The notes beneath the pieces are model-generated. The model saw only the letters and a program-made list of their open reading frames with translations, made no database searches and had not been told where the DNA came from. A stretch of DNA of 50,093 nucleotides. Origin: a virus (Duplodnaviria > Heunggongvirae > Uroviricota > Caudoviricetes). The number at the start of each line of letters is the position of its first letter. Within the stretch, counting starts at the first letter, position 1. Of this stretch, positions 18,688 to 27,474 are shown piece after piece. Both the position numbers and the translations under genes were made by a program. Location: positions 417,291-467,383 of the IMG/VR virus record IMGVR_UViG_3300021431_002946; one strand, given 5' to 3'.

Positions 18688-19200
18688 ATGAAACTTATTA
18701 CTATTCAACATAAAAATGTATTAGATCAACTTTTAAGTGGTAATAAATATGTTGCTACTAGAAAAGTAGAGAATTTTTTACAGTCTGCGTATAATACTCT
18801 TAAAAAAGAGTATAATTATGAAAATAATCCTGTATTTGCTTGTCCTATTGATAGGTATTGTGAATTTATGGGAGCATCTACTGAAGATACATATTTAATT
18901 GAATTAGATGTACCTGATGAATTTATAAAATTACAAAATTATTACGAATGGTCTGATTTAATTTATTTTTCTGAAAGTCCTGAAGATTGGGACTCAGATA
19001 TAGCAGATTTAGAAAATTTTATAAAAGATACATTAAATGGAAATAGAACAGAGGATAAAGATGAAATTATCCAGGCTACAATTCCTTATATTGAACCTAG
19101 TTGGGTAATATCATATCACGAATTAACAAAGAAGTTTATAAATAAACATATTGGTTCTGGTGGAAATAATATTTTGAAAGAAATAGAAAATTATATTTAA
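18688..19200 (+). CDS. DUF3841-like protein
   Basis: MKLITIQ..., LIELDVP, EW, IQATIPYI..SWV pattern recognised by eye. Confidence 0.55.
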   Translation: MKLITIQHKNVLDQLLSGNKYVATRKVENFLQSAYNTLKKEYNYENNPVFACPIDRYCEFMGASTEDTYLIELDVPDEFIKLQNYYEWSDLIYFSESPEDWDSDIADLENFIKDTLNGNRTEDKDEIIQATIPYIEPSWVISYHELTKKFINKHIGSGGNNILKEIENYI

Positions 19201-19210
19201 GGAATAATTT

Positions 19211-19435
19211 ATGAAGCATGATGTAACAGTATCTGATTTTTTAAGGTGCTTTCTTAATGGTAATAAAGAAGGAGAAGGCCTTATACGAATAGTATATCAA
19301 AATACTAAAAAAGATATTTATTTTGGTACATTAAAAGGATTTTTTGATACAGATAATTATAATGAAATGAAAGATCTTATAGTTAAAACTGCAAATCCTT
19401 GTGGTTTAACTGGTATAGTATATTTACAAGTATAA
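19211..19435 (+). CDS. hypothetical protein
   Basis: 74 aa, AAGGA RBS. Confidence 0.65.
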   Translation: MKHDVTVSDFLRCFLNGNKEGEGLIRIVYQNTKKDIYFGTLKGFFDTDNYNEMKDLIVKTANPCGLTGIVYLQV

Positions 19436-19450
19436 TAATTAGGAGAAAAT

Positions 19451-20032
19451 ATGAATACTTTTACTTGGTTTGTTATTGTTTGGGTTGTTTCAATTGGAAT
19501 AACATATTGGATGTTGTATTATACAGCATCTAATTTTGTAGTTACATTTGCAAAGAATGGTTTATTAGTTAATCCAAATAAAATGCCACATTCTAATGGT
19601 AAATTTTTTACTCTATTGTCTTTTATTCCAATAATAAATATATTTTTTGGATTTTATCTTGGATATAGATATGCTACATCAATGCAAGCAATTTCTGCAA
19701 CTAGTAGTGTAATTTCAGATCCAATGACTGATTTTGAAAAAGAAAAGTTTGCAAAGAAACCTACATTTTTTACTGTTTGTAGTATTTTTGCAGAAAGAGA
19801 AAAACTTGAAGAACTTATTAAAGAAAGAACTGATAGACTTAATAAAATACAGTCTGATCTTAATAATCTATTAGAAATTGCAAAACAGCAAAATTTATTA
19901 GAGGCAGATAAAATTAAAGACGCAAATACAACAGTTCAAACATTAATTGATACAGAAAGAGATTTACTTGACGAATTAAAAGATAGTAAAATTACAGTAG
20001 AAAATTATCTTGAAAGGAGTAAGTTAAAATGA
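19451..20032 (+). CDS. membrane protein with C-terminal coiled coil
   Basis: Two TM segments (FIPIINIFF), helical tail. Confidence 0.75.
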   Translation: MNTFTWFVIVWVVSIGITYWMLYYTASNFVVTFAKNGLLVNPNKMPHSNGKFFTLLSFIPIINIFFGFYLGYRYATSMQAISATSSVISDPMTDFEKEKFAKKPTFFTVCSIFAEREKLEELIKERTDRLNKIQSDLNNLLEIAKQQNLLEADKIKDANTTVQTLIDTERDLLDELKDSKITVENYLERSKLK

Positions 20033-20244
20033 AAGTTCTTTTTAGAGATGTAAATAATAATTTATGTTTAGTTGATGCAATTTCAATTCGTAAAAGTATT
20101 GAAAATCCTAGAGGAATTATAATTCTAGAACGATTTAACATATATACATGCACAGATCTATCACTTTATAATGAATTTAATACTTTAATGCAGAGTGAAC
20201 CTTTTAATAGATGTGTTAATTTTTCAAAATATATATTTAGGTAA
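20029..20244 (+). CDS. hypothetical protein
   Basis: 71 aa, ATGA overlap, AAGGAG RBS. Confidence 0.65.
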   Translation: MKVLFRDVNNNLCLVDAISIRKSIENPRGIIILERFNIYTCTDLSLYNEFNTLMQSEPFNRCVNFSKYIFR

Positions 20245-20249
20245 AAAGT

Positions 20250-20699
20250 ATGGAAAACAAATATATTGAACTTATAGAAAAAGTTAGAGAACGCATTAAA
20301 AATAAAAATGTTGATGATATAATGAATGCGCTTAGCTGGATTACATTATTGCAGTTAGCAAATGTAACAGATAGAGGTCGTTTTTATAATGACTATCTAT
20401 TTATGCTTGTAGATTATGATAGTGCTGTAACAGAAATGTTATATAATCAAGGTTTATTTCCAGGAATGGTCTATCAAGGACTTGAAAAAATAGAAGATTA
20501 TAAAAGATGTGGTTCTATATATGTAGTTTGTTATGAATATCCAAATTATATTGGAATTCCAAAATTTGCAATTCAAGTTCCATATTTTAAATTTAGTGAA
20601 TTAACTCCAAATGAAACACTTCATACTTTTGATAAGTTAATGCAATTAAATAATCAATATGAAAAAGATTTATTTGGTAATGGATTTGATATAGTATAA
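20250..20699 (+). CDS. hypothetical protein, paralog 1 of 3
   Basis: LIE..W..LL..FY.D.LF pattern shared with 20799 and 21277. Confidence 0.75.
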   Translation: MENKYIELIEKVRERIKNKNVDDIMNALSWITLLQLANVTDRGRFYNDYLFMLVDYDSAVTEMLYNQGLFPGMVYQGLEKIEDYKRCGSIYVVCYEYPNYIGIPKFAIQVPYFKFSELTPNETLHTFDKLMQLNNQYEKDLFGNGFDIV

Positions 20700-20725
20700 A
20701 AGGTAACTTTTAGTTACCTTTTTTA
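20698..20725 (+). terminator. intrinsic terminator
   Basis: AAAAGGTAAC/GTTACCTTTT; followed by TTTACA-N17-TATAAT promoter at 20739-20767. Confidence 0.75.
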
Positions 20726-20798
20726 TTTAAAATAATTATTTACAAATATGAAATTCTGTAGTATAATATAATTATAAGTTATTAAAGGAGAAATAAGT

Positions 20799-21245
20799 AT
20801 GATAACAATTGAAAATTTAATTGAAAAGTTAGATAAATTAGATAAAGATGAAAAGCTTTCAGATAGACTTTATGCTTGGAAAAGTTTATTAGAGATTTCA
20901 AGTTCTTATGATTGTGCATATGTTAAAGATAATTTTATATTTATTGGTATACCTCTTGATAATGATGGACTTTCATTGCTTTTTAAATATGATTTAATTA
21001 CTGAAAATTCTTTTGAATTTAAAGGTTGTGAAATAAATAAACTTGAAGAAGGTGTAGAGCCATCATTATTAATTATGTATGAATTAATAAATGATGAACC
21101 TTATCCAGTAATTGCAATGAATACTCCATCTCCTGACATTCCTGAAGATTGTAGAGATACAATTTTTACTGGATTTATTGCTATGTATACAAAAATGAAC
21201 TTTACTACAACAGGTGATGATACTGATTCTCTTGAAATAGAGTAA
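20799..21245 (+). CDS. hypothetical protein, paralog 2 of 3
   Basis: AAGGAG RBS; shared pattern. Confidence 0.75.
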   Translation: MITIENLIEKLDKLDKDEKLSDRLYAWKSLLEISSSYDCAYVKDNFIFIGIPLDNDGLSLLFKYDLITENSFEFKGCEINKLEEGVEPSLLIMYELINDEPYPVIAMNTPSPDIPEDCRDTIFTGFIAMYTKMNFTTTGDDTDSLEIE

Positions 21246-21276
21246 AAATCTATTTATATAAAAAGAGGTAAAATAT

Positions 21277-21747
21277 ATGGATTTTAATTCAATGATTGAT
21301 GAATTAAGTAAAAATATTAAAGAAAATGGTTCTGAAAAAACCATATATTGGGCAATGCTTATTGATGTTTTAATGCGACATGATTGCGCAACTTTTTATA
21401 AAGATAGATTATTTATAATTGTTCCAAGAGACGCTGATAAAATACTTGATGAAATGGATAACTTTGGATTTCTTCCATCTTATTTTGCAGAATTTGATTA
21501 TTCAGAAGTAAAAAAGTTATATAAAAAGAATGGAAAACCTTTAGATCCTCAATATCTATTTTGTTACGAGATTGAAAAAGGTTTAGGTAATCCTGTTCTT
21601 GGTATTGAACTTCCTATCTTTTTTGATTTGTCAATAAATGATGAAGCTCAACAGAATGCATTTAATAAATTGATTAAACTTTACGAAGATGATGATGATC
21701 CATTATTTGATGAATTGGAAATTGATGATGGTTCAGATAATGATTAA
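21277..21747 (+). CDS. hypothetical protein, paralog 3 of 3
   Basis: GAGGT RBS; shared pattern; acidic tail. Confidence 0.75.
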   Translation: MDFNSMIDELSKNIKENGSEKTIYWAMLIDVLMRHDCATFYKDRLFIIVPRDADKILDEMDNFGFLPSYFAEFDYSEVKKLYKKNGKPLDPQYLFCYEIEKGLGNPVLGIELPIFFDLSINDEAQQNAFNKLIKLYEDDDDPLFDELEIDDGSDND

Positions 21748-21872
21748 TTAATAAAAATAATTTTACATTTTATAAAAAGAGAGCTAATTACTCTCTTTTT
21801 TATTTTTATTTACAAAAGGTTATTTAAATAAAATAGGTGATGGATTTGTAATATATTTGTAAAAAATATTTT

Positions 21873-21892
21873 AAAGTCTATTTAATTATATA
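21873..21892 (+). promoter_or_regulatory. element-specific motif upstream of conjugation-like operon
   Basis: AAAGTCTATTTAATTATATA, core at 21878, 42 nt before ATG. Confidence 0.65.
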
Positions 21893-21919
21893 AGTATAAC
21901 TAAAAAGGAGGGTAGTGTA

Positions 21920-22270
21920 ATGAATTCAGTTTGCAGATATATGTGTAAATATAATCCTACAAAATTAGATGCTATTAGAAAGATAGTACGATATTTGGAA
22001 GATAAAAGACTTGATCGTAATTATCATAAAAAGAAACAACATTTTTTGTGGGGACAGATTGATAGATGTAAGTATGGTATGACATGTGCTAAAATACATA
22101 CATATAATTCTGAATATATAAAATTATGTCAAACCGCAGATGCACTACTTTCTGCATATATAGATTCAGATGATATTCAAGATTATCATACAATTTTGAA
22201 TATGTTTAGAGGAACATTTCCAGCTGTATATACGCAGTTTGAAATGCTTATACGTAAGAAAAACGTATAA
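21920..22270 (+). CDS. hypothetical protein
   Basis: 116 aa, AGGAGG RBS. Confidence 0.75.
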   Translation: MNSVCRYMCKYNPTKLDAIRKIVRYLEDKRLDRNYHKKKQHFLWGQIDRCKYGMTCAKIHTYNSEYIKLCQTADALLSAYIDSDDIQDYHTILNMFRGTFPAVYTQFEMLIRKKNV

Positions 22271-22286
22271 AGGAGGGAAAGTATAA

Positions 22287-22688
22287 ATGGAATTATGGAA
22301 TTATACGTCTTTAAAAACACAAGATACAAAGATTTATGATATTGGTGGTTATAAAATTGCAGGAGGTCTTTCTATTGAATTTACAAAGATAGTTGGACCA
22401 GCATTGCTTGTATTTATTGCAGTAGGTTGGGGACTTGGTGCTATATTTGGAATTAGTTTTTGGAATTTTTTGTCTCCACATTTTAAACTTTGGTGGACAT
22501 TAATTTGGATTGGAGCTGGAATAGGTGTAGGTTGTGCATTATGGTATATTCAATTTGCAGGTTATAGATTATATCAGTATTTAGGTGCATACTTTAAACC
22601 TAAAAAGGTTTATATGAATGATTGGAAACATACAGAAGTTACATTAACAAATATACAAATAAAAGGATTAGTAAAACATTTATTGTAA
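22287..22688 (+). CDS. TcpE/VirB3-like conjugation membrane protein
   Basis: WNYT..KIYDIGG..., two TMs, GYRLYQYL..YFKPKKVY. Confidence 0.6.
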   Translation: MELWNYTSLKTQDTKIYDIGGYKIAGGLSIEFTKIVGPALLVFIAVGWGLGAIFGISFWNFLSPHFKLWWTLIWIGAGIGVGCALWYIQFAGYRLYQYLGAYFKPKKVYMNDWKHTEVTLTNIQIKGLVKHLL

Positions 22689-22702
22689 GGAGGTGAAAAA
22701 TA

Positions 22703-24040
22703 ATGCCTGAAGAAAAAGAAAATAAGAAACCAAAGAAAGAGAATAATTTTACAAAACCTAAGGTTAATAATCTTCGTAAGAATGATATTAGAATTATAGG
22801 TGATAATATTCTCTATAATAACGGTATAATTACTGCTTTTTATATTCTGCCTTTAGTTAATTATTCAACTGCAAGTCAGAGTGGTATTAGTTCATCTATT
22901 ACAAAATTAGTAAATATGATTGCAAACTTAAATACAACTAATCCTGAACTCACTTTTACGCTTGAAAGAATTGAAAAGAAGTTAAAAGTTAAAGATGTAT
23001 TACGTAATTTATGTGATACTATACATTTATATAAAGAAGAATATGAAATGCCTCTTGAATTTACTAAAATTATAGGTGATGATGTTCAAGAATATTGTCT
23101 TTTAGGTGTAGATATTCAGCAATCAAATCTTACTGACGTTGAAGATTATACTATCACAGATACAATTAAAGCAATTTTAAAGAATGCTGCAAATAGATTT
23201 GCAGGTCTTGGTAATTTGAAATGTGATCCTGAACTTATATTGGAACAGGAAACAAATATTTACAGATCTTTAAGAAACTCAAATGCAGTTAGAGCTTCAA
23301 AAGATTTTGTATTCTATACTTATGTAAGTAAAGTTTATCCTTCATATATTTTATCTTATGATAAACTTTCATATATTAATGAAAATACATATGAAGATAT
23401 TATGTGTGCAGTTGCTCAAACTGTAACTGATAACTTTGGTTGGTTTGAAATGCATAATGAAGGTGTTGAAATTTTTGGATTAAACTCAGAAACAACATAT
23501 GGTTGTATGCTTAATATTATGTCATTTCCACCTTCAATTGATAGTAATAATTTTCCTATTGATTATCCAAATGTTGTAACAACTATTCAGTGTTTAAATA
23601 AAGATAAAGCAAAGCTTGATCTTAAAAAGATAAGAGCATCAAAAGAATATGAATTCAATCAAGGTGCTGAAGGTGATGCTCAAACTGAAGAAATGGAAAA
23701 AGTTGGTAAAAGTATCAATATTGCAACACAAGCTATTGAAGAATTAGAAGATGGAGATATTCTTTGCCAATTTAATACAAGTATTCTTGTATATGGTAGA
23801 ACTAGAGACGATCTTAAACAAAATGTAATGAGAGTTATTACATCTTGCAAAGATAGAGGTATGTTAGCTTCTAAATCTCTTACACAAGCTTTAGATTTCT
23901 TAGATGTTTATATAAATAAGAAACCTAGACAATATAGGCATATGACAAATATCAGATTTCCTCTTAGCTTCCAATTAAATCATGGCGCTAATGTTGGTGA
24001 TGATGATCTTTGGGTTCCAGCAATAGGAGAAGACTTATAA
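22703..24040 (+). CDS. putative VirB4/TcpF N-terminal region without ATPase domain
   Basis: Follows TcpE-like gene; IGDNILY..TAFYILP..Y start and ILVYGRTRDDL segment; no Walker motifs. Confidence 0.45.
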   Translation: MPEEKENKKPKKENNFTKPKVNNLRKNDIRIIGDNILYNNGIITAFYILPLVNYSTASQSGISSSITKLVNMIANLNTTNPELTFTLERIEKKLKVKDVLRNLCDTIHLYKEEYEMPLEFTKIIGDDVQEYCLLGVDIQQSNLTDVEDYTITDTIKAILKNAANRFAGLGNLKCDPELILEQETNIYRSLRNSNAVRASKDFVFYTYVSKVYPSYILSYDKLSYINENTYEDIMCAVAQTVTDNFGWFEMHNEGVEIFGLNSETTYGCMLNIMSFPPSIDSNNFPIDYPNVVTTIQCLNKDKAKLDLKKIRASKEYEFNQGAEGDAQTEEMEKVGKSINIATQAIEELEDGDILCQFNTSILVYGRTRDDLKQNVMRVITSCKDRGMLASKSLTQALDFLDVYINKKPRQYRHMTNIRFPLSFQLNHGANVGDDDLWVPAIGEDL

Positions 24041-24067
24041 TAAGAGAAAGTTTATAAGGAGAAAATT

Positions 24068-25246
24068 ATGCCAATAAAATTTACAAGTCCATTGGATAAT
24101 AATCAAATGGAAGAAAATGAGATTGATGAAAATCAAATAGATGAAAATGCAAAAAAGGAAAATGTTACTCTTAATACAGATGAATTAAGAAGACGAGATA
24201 TGTCTGTTGCTGATTTATTAGTTTTTGCTACAGAAAATAATTGTTCTGACTTATATATTAAATTATATTCTCCATCTTATGTTTCTAAATTTAATAATTT
24301 AATTCAATTGCCTTGTATACCATTAACAAAAGAAAGATGGCATGAATTTTATAGTTTAATATCAAATGAGTTAAATGCAGAATATGCGGTAAATAGAACA
24401 TTAGATACATCTATAGATATTGATGTGCCTGAAACAAGTGTAAATTATGGTAAAGTAGATTATTATCATTATCGTGCAAATTTTGGTTATTCAGAAGATA
24501 AAAATACAGTTATTTTCAGAATGATTAAACCTAATTTAATCAGTTTTGATAATATTAATTTTAATCCACAATGTACAAACGCGTTATATAATGCATATAG
24601 TCAAAAAACAGGTATTTGTATTGAAACAGGTCCTACTGGTTCTGGTAAATCTACAACTATGGCAGCTTGTATTAATACTTTTACAAGACCTAATGGTCCG
24701 TTAGATAATAAAGTTATTATTACTCTTGAAGATCCTATAGAGAATAAATTTGAATCTACACCTACTGTTTTAATAAATCAAAAAGAACTTGGTTCTGATT
24801 TTAAATCATTTGGTTTAGGTATTAAATCTGCATTACGTGAACATCCTAATGTAATTATTGTAGGAGAAATGAGAGATAAAGAAGTTATTTGTACTACAAT
24901 TGAAGCTGCAAGAACTGGACACTTAGTTTCTACTACGTTCCACGCTTCTGATGTTGGTGGTACTATTTCTCGTATTCTTTTCCACTTAGATAATGATAAG
25001 AACTTAGCATTTGACTTAATTTCTCAATTAAATATTGTTATTTCTCAAAGAATGTTGAAGAGAGACGATAGATATTTAGTTGATACACAATATTTATTGT
25101 TTAATAAAGCAATAAAGAGCCATTTAATTCAAATTATTGAAAATCCAAATCTTAATGTAGCTGTTGAGATAAATAATCTTATTTCGCAGCCTCAGTTATT
25201 ACAAGCTGGATTATCAAAAGACTGGGAATATCCTAACGAAATATAA
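24068..25246 (+). CDS. PilT/VirB11-family secretion ATPase
   Basis: GPTGSGKSTT, TLEDPIE, ALREHPNVIIVGEMRD, AARTGHLVSTTFH. Confidence 0.9.
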   Translation: MPIKFTSPLDNNQMEENEIDENQIDENAKKENVTLNTDELRRRDMSVADLLVFATENNCSDLYIKLYSPSYVSKFNNLIQLPCIPLTKERWHEFYSLISNELNAEYAVNRTLDTSIDIDVPETSVNYGKVDYYHYRANFGYSEDKNTVIFRMIKPNLISFDNINFNPQCTNALYNAYSQKTGICIETGPTGSGKSTTMAACINTFTRPNGPLDNKVIITLEDPIENKFESTPTVLINQKELGSDFKSFGLGIKSALREHPNVIIVGEMRDKEVICTTIEAARTGHLVSTTFHASDVGGTISRILFHLDNDKNLAFDLISQLNIVISQRMLKRDDRYLVDTQYLLFNKAIKSHLIQIIENPNLNVAVEINNLISQPQLLQAGLSKDWEYPNEI

Positions 25247-25316
25247 TTTAAAAATAATCAGTTCTCCATACTTATGGAGGTATAAACTATAAAATAATGA
25301 ATGAGGTTAAAAATAT

Positions 25317-25583
25317 ATGTCAGACTTAAATATTAGAGAAAGGTATAAAATTCTTACTGTTGAAGAAGTAAAGCAAAAGTATGAAAAATGCTCACTTGAA
25401 CAATTAAAGATTTATTTAATTGCTGTTATGAGTGAGTATACTCATCTTGATACTATCAAAGTAAGAAGGCTTGAGATCAAATCAGGTAAAAAAGATACCA
25501 ATATTTATGCTGATTATGAATTAGAAATAAAAGTAATTTTGGAGATGATTCATAATAAATTAGTTCAAAAAACTGGTTGTTGA
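25317..25583 (+). CDS. hypothetical protein
   Basis: 88 aa, GAGG RBS. Confidence 0.7.
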   Translation: MSDLNIRERYKILTVEEVKQKYEKCSLEQLKIYLIAVMSEYTHLDTIKVRRLEIKSGKKDTNIYADYELEIKVILEMIHNKLVQKTGC

Positions 25584-25584
25584 T

Positions 25585-25605
25585 AAAAGACTATTTAATT
25601 ATATA
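25585..25605 (+). promoter_or_regulatory. element-specific motif
   Basis: AAAAGACTATTTAATTATATA, core at 25591, 35 nt before ATG 25626. Confidence 0.65.
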
Positions 25606-25730
25606 ATATTGTGCGGAGGAGAAAAATGGGAAAAGATTATAAAGCAAAGTATTATAAAGAATGTTATAAAAATTCAGAAAAAGAAGCTGAATATTATAAG
25701 AATGAAGCAAAGAAATTTGAAGATCTTTAT

Positions 25731-27233
25731 AATACATCAGCCAGAAAACCCATGACCTTTTAGGTCGTGGGATGAATGGCGTCAGATTTAAAATGCCTAT
25801 ATTTTACTTAAAGACTATTAAATCAGTAAAATATATGATATAATATACATACAGGAAATCTTATTTCCGAGTCTATGAAAGGAGAAATCTGCATATATCT
25901 TACTGTAAAACAACAAGTCAAGCATCTGTCTAAGGAAGAGTATCTTACAATAAAAGAATTGTGTCATACTGCAAAAAATCTTGCTAACGAAGCTATTTAC
26001 AATGTGCGACAGTATTACTTTACTGAAGGAGAATTTCTTAAATACGAAAAGAATTATGCCCTATTGAAGAATAGTCCTAACTATAAATCATTAAATTCCA
26101 ATATGGCACAACAAATCCTTAAAGAAGTTGATGGTTCTTTCAAATCGTTCTTTGGACTTTTAAAACTGGCTAAACAAGGTAAATATACTTTTAAGGATTG
26201 CAAATTGCCACATTATCTTCATAAAGATGGATATACAACACTTGTCATAGGTTTTGTAAGACTTAATGGAAATAAGTTAATACTTCCATTTTCTAACAGT
26301 TTTAAGAAATTACATAAACCTGTTGAAATCACAATACCACCTGTATTGCTTGATAAAAAAGTAAAAGAGATTCGTATTATACCTAAAGCTAATGCAAGGT
26401 TCTTTGAAATTCAGTATATTTACGAAGCTGAATGTGTCCAAAGAAATCTTAATAAAAACAATGCACTTGCTTTGGATTTAGGGATCAATAATCTCGTAAC
26501 AGCTGTATCAAGTAATGGCAAGTCCTTCATTATTGACGATAAAAAGCTTAAATCTATCAATCAGTGGTTCAACAAGGAAAACGCTCGCTTACAGTCTATT
26601 AAAGATAAACAACATTACGGGAAAAAGACTACTAATAGACAAAAAGAGATAGCACGTGATCGTAATAGCAAAGTCAATGATTATATGAATAAAGCTGCTC
26701 GTAAAATCATAGATCACTGCATTTTAAATGATATAGGAATTCTTGTAGTTGGCTATAATGAGACATTTCAGCGTGGTAGTCGTATCGGTAAACAAAACAA
26801 TCAGAATTTTGTCAATATTCCATATGGCCAGTTGCGTAGTAAGCTTGAATATCTCTGTGAACTTAACGGTATTGTGTTTGTAAAACAGGAAGAAAGCTAT
26901 ACGTCTAAATCCTCATTTTGGGATAAAGATGATATTCCTGTCTATAATGCTGATAACCTAAAAGAATATCAATTTAGCGGTAATAGAATATATCGTGGTC
27001 TTTACAAAACAGCGAGTGGTAAAACATTTAATGCCGATGTAAATGGAGCATTAAACATTATGCGTAAAAGTAGCGTTGTGGATCTTAATATCCTATACGG
27101 TAGGGGCGAAGTGGACACGCCCGTAAGAATAAGGATTGCCTGATATTTCAGGTGGAAACTTAAATATCAAACTTCTTAAATAGAGCCGTTAGGCTCTTAG
27201 AAGCCCATTACCTTTAGGTGATGGGTAGTTCAC
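25731..27233 (+). mobile_element. IS200/IS605-family element, TnpB-only (IS1341-like)
   Basis: TTTAT just left; LE hairpin CCCATGACCT/AGGTCGTGGG (25749-25771); RE hairpin CCCATTACCT/AGGTGATGGG ending TTCAC; no TSD; no tnpA. Confidence 0.9.
25875..27143 (+). CDS. tnpB: RNA-guided endonuclease TnpB
   Basis: ALDLGINN (RuvC-I), QEESYTSK, NADVNGALNI (RuvC-III); start codon uncertain. Confidence 0.92.
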   Translation: MKGEICIYLTVKQQVKHLSKEEYLTIKELCHTAKNLANEAIYNVRQYYFTEGEFLKYEKNYALLKNSPNYKSLNSNMAQQILKEVDGSFKSFFGLLKLAKQGKYTFKDCKLPHYLHKDGYTTLVIGFVRLNGNKLILPFSNSFKKLHKPVEITIPPVLLDKKVKEIRIIPKANARFFEIQYIYEAECVQRNLNKNNALALDLGINNLVTAVSSNGKSFIIDDKKLKSINQWFNKENARLQSIKDKQHYGKKTTNRQKEIARDRNSKVNDYMNKAARKIIDHCILNDIGILVVGYNETFQRGSRIGKQNNQNFVNIPYGQLRSKLEYLCELNGIVFVKQEESYTSKSSFWDKDDIPVYNADNLKEYQFSGNRIYRGLYKTASGKTFNADVNGALNIMRKSSVVDLNILYGRGEVDTPVRIRIA

Positions 27234-27250
27234 AATAAAACTAATGAAGA
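27080..27250 (+). ncRNA. putative TnpB omegaRNA (scaffold plus flank-derived guide)
   Basis: Expected position over tnpB 3' end and RE; hairpins AGAGCC/GGCTCT and RE stem; 5' boundary is a guess. Confidence 0.55.
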
Positions 27251-27384
27251 GCTCAAAAATATAAAATCAGAATTTGCAAAATTTAAAATGCAAGTTATGG
27301 ATGTTACTAATAAAAAAGAGAAAAAGTAATCATTAAAGTTGATAATTCGTCTTTATTTCGATATATAAAAATACAATCCACAGT

Positions 27385-27445
27385 TTTTAGTATTCTGCTC
27401 AAAATACTACACAGCAGGTATGTGCTTGTAAATCATACCAACAGT
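27385..27445 (+). ncRNA. putative structured leader (H-type pseudoknot plus hairpin)
   Basis: TAGTATT/AATACTA stem, loop CTGCT complementary to AGCAG (27413-17), then GGTATG/CATACC stem. Confidence 0.4.
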
Positions 27446-27474
27446 TTACCCTACTAGAAAAGGAGAAAAAGAAT

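Larger units (their letters stand above)
25626..27329 (+). pseudogene. 66 aa coiled-coil gene interrupted by IS200/IS605 element
   Basis: GGAGGAG RBS; 25626-25730 MGKDY...FEDLY joins in frame to 27234-27329 NKTNEELKNIKSEF...KEKK*. Confidence 0.8.
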
